In this document: positions 22,488 through 35,373 of the stretch, in pieces
Position numbering within the stretch: the stretch's first letter is position 1
How the letters are laid out: each line of letters starts with the position of its first letter
DNA from: Chara braunii
Lineage: Eukaryota > Plantae > Charophyceae
Reading direction: 5' to 3'
DNA length: 64,000 nt
Assembly (NCBI GenBank): GCA_003427395.1
Contig: BFEA01000016.1
Span: forward strand, 2,492,313 to 2,556,312
The notes under the pieces: model-generated
The model's input: only the letters and a program-made list of their open reading frames with translations
Told to the model about the DNA's origin: nothing
The model's database searches: none
Made by a program: the position numbers and the translations under genes

Positions 22488-24100
22488 TATGGTCAAGATG
22501 GCAGGACGAGGAAGACCGAGTACATCAGAGGGGACCAATGAAGAGGCTTTGGTTGGAGTTATACGGGCATTGGTCGAGAGGGTTGAAAAGGGGGTCAGAC
22601 ATTGCAAGAGCAAAGAGGCAAGATGAAAGAATTCCCTGTTTCAGAGGACCCAAGGTTAATGACTTCTTGGACGAGTATGAACTATTTGGACTAAGTTATG
22701 GCTGGACAGACAAGCAACGACTTAAGCACCTCCTATCTTACTGTGATACTGACTCAAGACTGACAGTTCAAGAATTGATGGAAGGGGCTACTACCTGGGA
22801 AGAGATCAAAGAGAGACTGAAAAAAGAGTTCGAGAAAGATTCAGTTTCAACCACAACTAAGGATTTACTCAATATCAGAAGAGCTAAATATGACACTTTC
22901 AATGTTTTTCTTCAGACTTTCATCCGAACAGCAAGAAGAATTCCATATTTGGATGAAGCTCAGAGATGTCATATATTTTTGATAAATTTTACTGACACTG
23001 AAAGGCAGGCGGTTCTTAATCAAGCTTAGCACTATCCTCTTAGATGGGATGAAATGATTGCAATTATAAGAACTTTACCTACTGTCTCTTATAATAAATG
23101 GTCACTAGATCAGATCAGTACTTTGGCCAAGGATTGTGAAACTGAGAATGGAATAAATAGAGGAAGCAACCTGACTGCTGAGAACATTCTTCAAAAAGTG
23201 ATGGCAAACTTTATGCCTTCAAGGCCTGCAACGCATGCTGTGGATGACAGAGGGAAGAAAAAGGCGGAAAGTGAGGACGATGAAGACGATGATGATGACA
23301 ACGAAAATTATAGTAAGAAGGGGGATTTATCCAGACCCAAAAGGAATGGGAAGAATGGTGATAGAGGAAGTAGAGAGAAAAGAAAATATGATGAGCGTCC
23401 TAAGAGGAGTTTTACTTGCTACTATTGTGGCGAAGGGGGTCATACTACCACTTATTGCAAGTCTTTTAAGGAGGATGTAAGGAGTGGGGTGACAAAGAAA
23501 GATGCAATGGGCCATGTCTGTGATAGTTCATGGAATAAGTTGGATCCCAGACATCCGGGAGGTATGAGGCTTCTTGCTCTTAAACATGATGAAAAAATGA
23601 AGATTAAGAAGAAGAGAAAGACCAATATGAATGTTCATTTCCTCATTGGGGACTTGCCTAATGAGCTAGTACAAAGAGCAAGTGACTCTTATACCATGAT
23701 TGAGTTGTCTCTGCAGTCCTTAACACTGACAGAGTGTGAGCCTAGCGAGACATCTACAAGTGAGTCTCCATTGGGAGGGAATCCTACCTCTCAGAATCTA
23801 TCTGAATTAGTAGAGTCCTCTCCCAATGAAATGGCTCATCTCCTAGCTAACATGATGTCGTTCCATGGTGATCTACCCTCAGAACTTATCATGGAACCCA
23901 GTGTCAGGGTTGATGAAGTCAGGAACCACCAAACCCGTATGACACCTCAAATGATAGAAGAAAAAAAAAAAAAAAGGCTGATGAGTCACTTATTAACATC
24001 CTTGATGACCCTGAACAGGAACGCCCGCAAGAAAAGAATGAGCAGGGAAGAAAGAGAAAATTTATTCTCAAGAGTGATTTGGATGACGGGACTGTGATTT
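22488..24100 (+). pseudogene. gag: Gag of giant Gypsy element
   Basis: IPCFRG..VNDFLDEYE capsid-like start; knuckle CYYCGEGGHTTTYC; frameshift and stop present. Confidence 0.88.
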
Positions 24101-24302
24101 CTGATGTAATTACTAAAATGCTAGAAGAAACGGAAGTGACACTGTCTTTCAAGGAAGCCATGACGCTAACGCCCAAACTGAGAGAAGAGTTGAAAAAGTT
24201 AATTGAGAAGAAGAAATTGGAAGTTAACTATTTGGGGTCAGTCTTTCCCAACCAAGTGAATAGATCACTACCATGTTGTAAAATAAGATTTGCAACCATG
24301 GG

Positions 24303-24662
24303 TTGTGGGCACCTTACAATTCGTATAATCAAGTGAAGATTCTAGCCCTAGTAGATTCTGGGGCAGAGATGATACTTCTTTCACGAAGAACGATGGAAGC
24401 ATGTAATTTATCTATTGATAGACATGCACAAAATGTACTGAGTAATATTGCAGGAGAGTTGTTCGTGGCTGAATTTATTGATAATTTGTCTATCAGGGTT
24501 GGGACAATGTCTGAAGAGTTATTGGGTTTTGTAGTGCCGGATCTGAATCATGACTGTATTTTGAGAACTTCATTCTTGCATAGGATGGAGGCAGTCCAAT
24601 TTTTCAGTCATGAGGGGTCATCTTGGATCAGTCTACAGGATCCCGAGACTGCTCAAGAGTAG
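24303..24662 (+). pseudogene. pol: Aspartic protease domain
   Basis: ALVDSGAE catalytic motif. Confidence 0.88.
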
Positions 24663-25177
24663 ACCTTTATGGTCGGTTTGAAAAATGATTTCAAGCATCA
24701 ACTATCTGCTAATTGAATCAGGAGGGAGGAGTCTGCTGAAAGGATTATAAGACTAAAGGAGGAAGGAAAACGAGAAGCAAAAGAAGAGATTTCAGTGGGA
24801 ATCAATCAGGTTTCGAAAATGACAAAAGCCCTTGGTAAACTCGAGGATGAGGACGGGCAAATTGAAGCCTTCAAGAAAGTTGTAGAGACTGCTAAGGGAG
24901 GAAAGATGGAATTGAGATTTGCATCGACTCACCCTTTTTTAGGAAAATAGTCACTGGGTCAAAAAAAAAATACAAGCCCAAGGGGGTAAATAAAAACTCA
25001 GTGGCAGTCCTACTAGAGAAAGATTATGATGAAGCATTGAAAAAGGAGAGAAAAATTATAAGAGCATTGAGGAAATCAACAAAACTTGAGAATAGGGTCA
25101 CCAAAGAGAGGTTTGACACAATGAAGACAGACTCGGATCAGTTTATCCTGCCTAGAGAGAAATAATATATCTTCAGG

Positions 25178-26600
25178 ATGTGTCAGGAACTCTCTGGTGC
25201 TTTCTCCTTTAATGATGAAGAGAGAGGGCGATTGGACGTGGACATGATCAAGATGGCCAAGATTTGGACAGTTGATCATGTTCCATGGAATGATAGGCCA
25301 ACCAAGTATGCACTGAAGGAAGAGGCAGAAGTCGTAAAATATTATGACAAAAAGATTGCATCTAATGTTGCTGAACCTGTTGATGGACCGTATGTTAACC
25401 ACTGGTTTTGTTTTCGAAAACCAGGGGGCGGGCTAAGATGGATACAGAATCTTCAGAAGCTCAATTCTATGACGGTACGTGATGCAGGTAGTCTTCCTAA
25501 TGTTGACCTCCTCGCTGAATCATTTGCTGGTCGATGTATTTATTCTCTAGTTGACCTGTATTCTGGCTATGATCAGTTCTCTATTGATCTCACTAGCTGG
25601 CCAATGATTGTCATGCACACGCCAAGGGAACTTGTTCAGATGTGTATGGTACCTCAGGGCTGGACTAACGAAGTGGCAGTGGTTCAAAGGGATATGATCA
25701 AAGTCATGCAGGATATTTCTCTTGAGATAGTCAGTCCCTACATTGATAATAACCCTGTAAAAGTACCCCTGGTAAGAGATGAGACTTTGGTCGCAGGGGG
25801 AGTCAGAAAGTTTGTCTGGGAACATGCTGAAGGAGTAAAGATGGTCCTAGAGAGACTTCAGAAGTATAATTTGACTGTCAGTGGACCAAAGTCCCTTCTC
25901 TTCCAACCAGAAGTGATAATCTTGGGCTTCAGATGCTTCATCAAGGGTGGGAGTCCAGATCCCAAGAAGATAGACAAAATCTTGAACTGGCCTCTGCCTC
26001 TCAAACGAGTAACAGACGTCAGGAGTTTCTTGGGAGTCTGTGGATTCTGGAGGATTTTTATTCCTCATTTTGTTGCCCTTGCAAAGCCTCTGAGGGAAAT
26101 GGTAAGGCAAGGTTCTAACTTAGCATGGAATGATAAAAGACAAGCCGCAGCAGAAACATTGCAAGAAAAACTAAGAGATGGTGGAGTAGTGCTGAGAGTA
26201 CCATATTATGATGATGAGGAGACAAGACCTTTCATCATTGAGGCGGATGGAGGACCAGTTGTTGTGGGTGGAGTGCTTATTTAGAAGGATGAAAATGGGA
26301 GAGAAAGACCTATGAGATTTGAGAGCACAACCTTCAATTCTACAGAGAGAAGCTACACCCAATTCAGGAAAGGGTTACTGTCAATCATCCATAGCCTCGG
26401 GTGCTTCAGGCACTACGTTTTAGGAAGGAGATTCATCCTGAGGACTGATGCATCTGCTGTGATAGGTGCCATTAAAAAGCACCAACAAGTAGATCCAACA
26501 GTCAGCAGATGGATCGCCTTCATCTGGATATATAATTTTAAGCTGGAAAAGATCCCCACTGAGAAAAACAGAGCTGATGGCTTAAGCCGGATTGAGTGGC
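25178..26600 (+). pseudogene. pol: Reverse transcriptase and RNase H
   Basis: DLYSGYDQ, PQGWTN, degenerate YIDN(N), VRSFLG; RNase H motifs IEADG, FILRTD and NRADGLSR. Confidence 0.92.
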
Positions 26601-26839
26601 GAGAAGAAGAAGAAGAAGATGTGAATGAAACAATTGAAGAATCTGCCTATGTTGATAATTTCCTTAATGAAAAAGATGATGAGGATTATGAAGTGTCATG
26701 CTCCTACAAGTGGAGTCTGTGGCTAGAAGAGAGAGACAGCTGAGGAGAAATTCCGAGCGCATACGTTTATGAGTCGATTCCAGGAAAAGAAGAAGAATAT
26801 GAACCAAACGACTGGTATGCTAAAGTCAATGCAGCAGCA

Positions 26840-28230
26840 GTGGCTGCTCATGAAATTTGGGAAAGTTCAGGTTCAAAGGAAGAAGAAGAGAGTCAAAAGA
26901 AGGAAGAAGATATATTTTTCTTCTATGAAGAATATGATGAAAATTATCAAGAGATTGGCAAGAAGATGGAAAAAGAGCAGCTAAAAAAATATTATTGTAA
27001 AAATTCAAGAAAAAAATTCAGACTAAAAAGAGGACATATCTTTGTGGATGGTAAGGGAGGCCTACCTCCACTAAGAGTGGTCTGTGGTAAAGAGAGACAG
27101 TTAGAGATAATTGTTGCCCTACACGAGGGGGTTGTTGGTGGTCATAGGGCTGCTGAGGCAACTTACTCCAAGACTGTCAAACTCTACTTTTGGCCTGGCA
27201 TAAGAGACATGATTTTCAGATATTGTAAATCATGTGTCTTATGTCAGAAGAGGTCTACCACAAGGATGATTGAGCCTCTATTCCCTACAATCCTGGTAGA
27301 GCCAGGTAGCAGAGTACATCTGGATCTCATCATTATGCCTCCAGACAAAGGTGGGATCAGATACATACTAAACATGAGAGATAATTTATCTTGATAAGTT
27401 GAGGCAAAAACTCTGAAAAGGAAACGGCCGAGCAAGTGGCTGATTGGATAGAGGAAGTCTACCTCAGGTATCCTTTTATCAGAGAATTTGTCTCAGACAG
27501 AGGATCAAAGTTTCGAAACGAGGTTGTCAGAAGAGTTACATTCAGATTGGGTGTCAGGATTCGTTATGTGACTACTTACCATCCTCAAGCGAATGCGCCT
27601 GTTGAAAGAGGTCACAGAACCCTGAAGGATTCATTGGCTAAGTGGTGTGAAGAGGATCTCAGCAATTGGACAAAGGCATTAAGAGTTGTTGTATATGCTG
27701 ACAACATTACAGTCAAGAGAACTACTGGATATGCGTCATTTACTCTGTGGTATGGCCGATATACTACATTGCCAATTGAAAGTATTGTTAAGACATAGTC
27801 AAGTCAAGAAAGTGACAAAGAATATTCTATTTCAGAGTTTCTTCAGATCCGGGTGAAGCAAATATCAGAAGTTGATCAGGCAGTGATGAATGCTGCAGAA
27901 AGAATGACATCCAGCAGGCTATCAGATCAAGAAAAATTGAACAAAAAAAAATATATAAGAAAAGAGAAATTGAAGATTGGATAAGTTGTCCTTCTATTTC
28001 ACAATTCCCTTAAGACGCAATGGACTAAAAGATTGGAGCCCAGATGGCTTGGTCCCTACAAAATCACAGGGGAAGCAGAGGGCAAAGTTTATGAGATTTC
28101 AGAGATTGATGGATCCAGAGTTTACGACATGGTGTCAGGATCAACACTTCGTAAGTTTATTTTCAGAGATCCTGACTTGATCCCTACAGTGACTTCAAAG
28201 AGAGGAAAGAGAAGTCAGTCACCCAAGTAA
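26840..28230 (+). pseudogene. pol: Integrase (HHCC, DDE core, GPY/F)
   Basis: LHEG...GH...CKSCVLCQ; VHLDL; SDRGSKF; YHPQANAPVER; PRWLGPYKI. Confidence 0.92.
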
Positions 28231-30434
28231 GAAAACAGTCATAGAGGACTAAGAGAAAGAGTACAGTGAGATGCTGAGACGGCAAGACTCGGTTTCAGTG
28301 GAATCAGATCATTCATGCATAGTCAATTCAGCATTTCGGATTCAGCATTTCAGATTCAACATTTCAATTTCAGAGCTTCGATTTCGTCATTTCAGTTTCG
28401 GTTATTGAATTCCAGTTTTCAGTTTCAACATCTCGGCTTTAATATCTCAGTTTTCAGCAAGCCTTTTTATTCAGTATTTCAGCAAAACGACTAAATCAGG
28501 TCTTTTGATGCAGTGCTACAGTCGTTCCAAAAGTGTCAAGTCCCTGAGAGTGGGGAGATAACTGTAAAATCAGTTTCTTAAGTATTGACAGAGTGTCAAA
28601 GATTTGAGAAGCTCATGGCTGTGGCACATCAAAAGATATGATCAGTATTATCCTAAGATAAAGAGAAGAGCATGGTGGGCATGAGGAAGTTCAGTTCTGT
28701 CTGACTAAGAGTTATCAGCAGAAGGACTTCGAGTCTCTGAGTAAAATGTCCATCAAAGAGATTCAGATGAAAGCAGGTATAAAGAAGTTNNNNNNNNNNN
28801 NNNNNNNNNNNNNNNNNNNNNNNNNNNNNNNNNNNNNNNNNNNNNNNNNNNNNNNNNNNNNNNNNNNNNNNNNNNNNNNNNNNNNNNNNNNNNNNNNNNN
28901 NNNNNNNNNNNNNNNNNNNNNNNNNNNNNNNNNNGAAAAAAAAAAAAAAAAAAAAAAAGGGACCTCTCTGGGGCCAGCACTACGCATCCTTCTTGAGACT
29001 GAAGGGAGGTCTCTTGTAAGTGCTTGCTGCTGGTTATCATGTTGCTGTTCAAGTGTCTCTTGAGACTGACGGGACATCTCTTGAGAAATGTTTTTCCTGT
29101 TATGCGGGTATGGGCAGTCTGCTTGTGGGGAATTGTATGCTTGTCCGACTGCCTGTGCTTGGTATTATCTTCACTAACCTCAGATGTTGTTGATTGTCGG
29201 GGCCGGCCAGAGCTTTACCGCAGTAGGTTGCAATCTGGTGGGGTCAGCAGGTCCCCGACGCGAGTGTTGAATTCCGTAGTTTGACTGAGGCTAAGGCTCC
29301 GGGGGCCTGGCCCGTGAGGTTGGAAGGGGTCAGCTGGAACCCTACCGCAGTAAGAGGATGCAATCCAGTAAGGTTAGCCAGAGCCTTGAGTTGTAGTTAG
29401 ACCGGGTCCTACACTCGAAAATCTAGGCGGGGCAGCCAACGCCCTTGGCCAAAAACTGGTAGGTGAGCCGGTCCCTGACCGCAGTGGTCAAATCCGGGTT
29501 CGGGACAGTTTGGCTGACGGGACGTCTGCTGTCATAGGGTGGCCAGACCCATTATAGTCTGGGCGTCCTGGTGAGAGTGCCAAAGGGTTGTCATACTCGA
29601 GTAGTGGGTATGCTGGTCCTGACCTGGAGGTAGGTCAAAAGGGCTGTCAAGACAAATGGTCTGACTAGTCTTGACCTGAGGCGGGCCGAATGAGATATGT
29701 GAGACTGACGAGACGTCTGACGTTCCTGACCAGTGGTGGGTCGAAACCAAAATAATCAATAAATCCTGGGTATGAAGGGTTGTTATGTATAAATTATTTA
29801 TTATTATTTATTATTTTATTTATGGGTTTTATTTTGTTTACTTGTTACCTGGCTGATAACTGTTGTGGAGTCTGCTTGCTGGGGCATAGTTTGGTGTTTG
29901 TGAGACTTGCTGTTTTGGAGGTATACAAAGCCTCATTTGAAGTTCCCCAGACGAGAGAAAATGAAAAAGGGTTTGATATCCCTTTCCTATGTCTGAGAAG
30001 TTAAGGAGATGCCTCACTTAGACCAGAGAAAGAAGACGGGGTTTGGTATCCCCTGAGTCACTTGAGGAGTTGAGAAGATAACTCTCTCAGGCCAGAGAAC
30101 AGAAAAGAGGGTTTGGTATGCCCTATCCCCAGCATGGCGGACTGAACAAGTGTCCCAAGTGTTGATACCAGACTGACAATGTGTTCGATTTTCATCCAGG
30201 ATGATAGTTAGGGTAACTTTTCTCTGATATGAAGTTCAGACAGAGAACAAACCCCAGAAAGGCAAGAGATCGGAGCCAACAAGAAACATAATCCTTCTTA
30301 AATTTATTTGGTGGTCGACAAGCGGCCTGGTTCACGAGGAACCTGCATCCCCGGCCTTAAGGAAGCCAAACTCTCAGACCTTGGACGCTATGAGCTAGAC
30401 TGTGAACTGAAAATTTTATGGGCAATAATCAGAC

Positions 30435-30908
30435 TCAGAAAGCTGAGAAGAAATCACGCTTATATAAGACATAAAAGATGACCATGAGTTCTAGCTGGAA
30501 AAGAAAGAGAAGGAAGAAGATGCTCAAGAGAATGCAGTGATTAGGGTGATGAGATGACGAGACAGTGCATGGGATAGAGGAAGGTGGAACTGGCACTATG
30601 GCCTTGCTTACGACGGGGGTGGAAGAAGCTCTAGGGATGTAAGAAGGTGAAGAGGCGCTAGGTGTACCGTAGCGCGCGTCAAATTTTTTACGGAGGAACT
30701 CCATCCTATCTGGAGATGGAGTCCTCTCGTACCACCCTGCTAGCGAATAGCGGGGGTATGACCTTGGGCGACCGTAGCCTCGTGGCTCCTCTTCTTCCTC
30801 CTCCTCTTCTGAACTATAAGAGCGTCGTGCCCTAACTGGCGGCTCCTCCTTAGCCTTCCCTGTCCTACCTCCTCTTCCTCTACCCTGTCCACGACGAGCC
30901 TCAGGCAT
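30435..30908 (-). CDS. Antisense ORF in the Gypsy 3' region; RG-rich N-terminus and C-terminal hydrophobic helix
   Basis: Intact ATG-to-TGA, 157 aa; terminal ILLSIFFLLFLFQLELMVIFYVLY. Confidence 0.5.
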   Translation of the reverse strand: MPEARRGQGRGRGGRTGKAKEEPPVRARRSYSSEEEEEEEEPRGYGRPRSYPRYSLAGWYERTPSPDRMEFLRKKFDARYGTPSASSPSYIPRASSTPVVSKAIVPVPPSSIPCTVSSSHHPNHCILLSIFFLLFLFQLELMVIFYVLYKRDFFSAF

Positions 30909-31821
30909 GGTGAAAGTTAGGGTAGCAGTGAGAAGGAAAGATAAGAGACGAGCGAGGTGATATTAATAGTTATAATTAGGGGAGCCCTATATGAGGGAAA
31001 ATAATGGCAAAGGAAAGAAGAAAATAACTATGTTGAGTACAAGAGTCAATGCAGAAGAAATATGGCTGGCGCAGAAAAGGAAGACGAGTGCTGAGAGAAA
31101 GAGAGCGAGCACTATAAAAAGGAAATGAGCAAACAAGCGCTAGGGAATAAGCGCTAAAGGAACTTAGAAAATAAGTTGGCGTAGTCTTACGTGCCTTGAC
31201 ATGGATCACGGCAAGAATGAAGGAAAACGTAAGAGGACGTTGTTGCTTTATACTTGCTGAGCAGCTCGTCCTGACCCAGTGGGGATGCTGGGTGGGGGTT
31301 TGGTATTATGTCGGAGGGCGCAATGTCCCGACCCTCCTCTGTGTACTGGATCCTTGCTCAGTACCAGTCCCACATCTCGACTTGTTGTTTTCCAGGCGCA
31401 GTTCGTGCTGTGGATGGATCTGATACCAGGACTGTTCTCGGGGCGGACCTGTCCCAGTGGCATAGCCCTCAACAAAAGGGGGTGCGCCTCAGGGCTTCCA
31501 TTGGTCCACGCAGGCTCGGCGCCCTGCTGTACAGAAGAGCACTACCGGCCTGTGGTCGTCGTAGCCGCCGGGCTCGCCCTGGGACGCGAAGGTGAAGGGA
31601 CTGACACAGTCTTTTCTACTGCGCGCCGAGTGACCTTCTGTTGAGTTATGGGTTAGGTGCACTAGGCGGAAGTCACTGTTAAAAGAGAAAAGAAAAGAAA
31701 GGAAGAAAAGAAAAACATAATAAAACATCGATTATGAATTTGTTTTAGTTCGGGGGAAATCCAGTGGCTTTGGTCCACTGTGACTTTACGTTTTCTTTTT
31801 TTTATTCTTGTTTCACGGCTA

Positions 31822-31824
<3 letters not shown>

Positions 31825-31884
<60 letters not shown>
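31825..31884. repeat. (TTA)20 microsatellite flanked by a 17-bp direct repeat
   Basis: TTGTTTCACGGCTATCA at 31808-31824 and 31885-31901. Confidence 0.95.
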
Positions 31885-31886
<2 letters not shown>

Positions 31887-34800
31887 GTTTCACGGCTATC
31901 ACCCCTGAGGAGGGTCATAAGCCCCCTCCTTGCCATCGGACGTGGGCACCCGACAGAGGTAGATCTACAGTCCTGTTTTAAAGTGAAAAGTGCGTCGTCG
32001 CAGTCGTGTTATGGGATCGCCGATTGCTCTATGTAAGTCGGTTCAGCGGGATTAGTGATTAGTAGTAAATTGAGTGCCATCCTGCAGGTGACTATTGAGT
32101 TTCAGACTCAGATGACTTTAGGAGGAATAAAATTTAACTTTAGATTATTCGTGCCTCCGAAAAGACTTTGTTAAGACTCCTTGTTTGGTACACAGGGAAA
32201 CACGGCCTCTCTGGACTCTATACAAGAGGACCTCCCGTGGATCTCTCAGCAGGTTTATTGAGGCTATCGCGCTGGGAGAAGGGATAGTGGCAGGGCGTTG
32301 AAGTTATCGGCTTTTGGTAGACTGCGCTCTAATAACCTGTACTTCTCAAGTGCAGCGCGAAAGCTGAAGTGTTTAGTTCTTGTACTGGCTATTACAGAGG
32401 ACTGTGGCTATGGCGTTGCATGGGTATAAACCTGGCTAGTGGTACCACCAGGCCCGTTGGAAGTCCGTGTCCGGGGAAGGGCCCTGGATTACCGTCATAC
32501 TCAACTATGACGGTGGAGATGAGTTGGTTCTGAAGATCAACGTGGAGGGAGCAAGAGAGGGAGAGATGCGGACTAACCCGAAGTTGCAGGACGCGATCTC
32601 GGTGGTGAGAGACCGAGCAGAGAGACGTTCTAGACGGGACGAAGTGATGACAAGGCTACGGATAACGGTGGCCTATCACGAGACTGAGACCTCGATGGAT
32701 ACAGCGGACTTGGAACAGGTCCACCAGGACAGAGACTCGGGAGGAGAAAGTGAGATGAGTGATGCGGATCGGGAGACGGATCTCAGGTCCTGGAACAGAC
32801 CAGGTAAGATCCAGAGGCATCACCGAGCCGCAGACCTGGTGGAAGGGGGACCCGAGGCCAGCTCTCGACAACTGACGTCGAGGGGCCGCGGGACGGAAGA
32901 GAAGCAGAGCAAGGGGAAAAGATAGGTCTGAGAAGACGCGCGAACGAGGGAAAAACGGGACTGAACCCGAAACGGAGAGACTAAGGCAAGGGCAGATGAG
33001 GGCACACGCATGACAGGTGGCGTGACCGGAAAAGTGAGAAGGGGGTCCACACAGAGAGAGAAAAAAAAAAAGAAGGTCAACGATAGAGAGAGGGACTAGA
33101 GCTGAGCGCACGTGGAGGGAGATGCTGACGTCAATCGGACTGCGATACATGACAAGCTACAGATAGTGGACATGTGGGCGAGTAAGTGTGAGCGAGCAAG
33201 GTGATTGAGTTGAGAGGTAGTTATGTGCGCGCACAGGCTGCACGTAGCAAAGCCAGAGGCCATGCGAGAAGATGGTGAGGTCATCGCGACCAACTGACAA
33301 TGTTGTATTGCCATGAAGGATGAGAGGGTGAGCTGATTTTTTTTGAGTGCAAGGGTGCTACACTCGATGTAAGAGGGTAGCGTTGGAGGTAACTCCTCTT
33401 CTCGTCTACTTTGGTCTGTGCCCTGATTGGAGAACTTTCATCTCAGAGCCTTTTGCTTGTCACCGCCAGCCTCCTGCTGATCAAAGAAGACAAGGGCACC
33501 GCGCGCAATCTGCAAAGGTAAAACGTGGCCGAAATAACGGTGCGCTGATCACTGTCTGCATGCTGGACAGAGAAGGGAGACATGCGAGAGGATGTGCTCT
33601 CACGTGAGTGCGTGACGCGCATGAGTAAAGAGAGACGGTTTGTATGAAAAAGTTTGTGTGCGAGTTCACTACTGACGTCAACACCTTTTCGCAACATGAA
33701 TCTTGATTCAACTTCAACGTGACATTCATCTGCTCTTCGCTTCTTGAAGTTCGAATAGTTGAGAGGGAACGTACAGGCTGCTCACTGTTACGAAGGGGGG
33801 GGGGGAAAGGCCATATCAAGTTTCGTTCTGAAGGATGAGAGGGATGAGCATTGGTTGTTGATTAGCGAGCTCGGTGATCAGTGCTGGCCTGATGAGATCT
33901 GACATTTGATAGGCTGAGGGCGTGAGCTCGATCTTTACACGCAAAGGCCAGTCATCTTCGATGGGAGTAATTGTGGCGAGACTGAAAGGACCAAACTGAG
34001 TGACAGCTAAGTATGCTTGAGTGTCAATAAGTCACACTGTTTAAGCAAATAGCTAGTTGACGATCATGATCTCTTGAACCTCAATAAAACCCTAGTTGTT
34101 GCTCTCGTGCGAAATCTTGATACGACTTATCTTCATTTTTGGTTCCGATTTCTTTAAGTCTCGCTCTTAGCGGAAGTATTCTCTTTCCTGGTTAATCACG
34201 CGACTCAGGTACTTGCCCTGCGATGACCCTGCCTGAAGGACTTCTGATCTACTTCTCGTAATTGCTCAGACTAAGTCAGTTGATGAATAAGAGAAAGTTA
34301 GCCCTGAGGAAAGTCGCCTATCTGCTGGCTAAGTATCTACTCCATGACGACTTGTAGTCAACTTCAATTTAGTTTATTTACCTGTATAATGGGCAATGGG
34401 CAAATGATCAAGAAAACGAGTGCACTTGTGGGGTTGAGGCAGTTCATGTCATGCAAACACTCAGTGGGACAGTCAACTGAGCTTGGGTAGGCCAATTCCC
34501 CTGTGAATCAGACTTCAAGTAATAAGTAAGTATGAAATAAAATCCTATAAATTGCTATGATATATTGAGACAATTTAGAGGGAAGCTTGAAGACGGAGGG
34601 CTTCATATCTGCGAGGCAAGTAATTGTGTGACTTCGTTATATTCCTGGGCGACAGTGTCTGAAGTCTCCTTGGGTGTGACCTATTGATAGTAGCTTTTGG
34701 AAGTATTCTGGGATAAGTTTTATAACCTGCTCGATGCTAAGCAGTATTCCCAGATGACTCGGGCTCGGACATCGCTCGAGTTTAGTTACAAAGGGAACTG

Positions 34801-35373
34801 TGTAGAGTCTGAGCGTAATTCGTTGTTGCGATACCCGTGCGAGAGAGGTTTTCGCTGGCATTGCTTCTGCATCTCCCTACATACTTAATGGATTGTATGA
34901 CGATTGTCAGAGTCTATTGCACAAGTAATCATTACTAGCTAAAGCTAGATCATGCGTGGAACGAGGGCTAATTGAGTTCGTGATTTGCTAAAGTGCGGGC
35001 CCTTATCTGTGTACTCATATGTATAGGGAGGGAGACAAAACAGACCTTCGCCGAGAAGTAACCCAAACCTTGCTATATAGGGTCTTAGAACCAGCGGTAA
35101 GCGGCTTCATCAAGCCCTTCGGCAGGGAAAAGCTTTCACTCGAAAGCAATTAGTTTATAAGTCCTTGATCTCCTAATTCGTGAGGTGACAGAACATTTAG
35201 CCCAGCATTCTGTGTGAGCTCGCCGGCAGCGCACTACTAACGAGGCGCGCTGTAGTGGGACGACTATGAATAACAAGGGCAGGCTCAAGTCGCATGAATG
35301 GAACGTGTTAGTAGCACCCGCTGCGTGATTAGAATCCTAGTCTGCACACAGGCAAGTTTGGGTAAAAACACCT

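Noticed and set aside
28545-28570. Purine tract plus TG after integrase as the start of the 3' LTR
   Set aside because: The following sequence does not match the 5' LTR. At most this is an internal PPT.
29650-29780. Hammerhead ribozyme (CTGACGA-gac...gtc-GAAAC)
   Set aside because: The core and a short stem II are present, but I could not form stem I in either the type I or type III topology.
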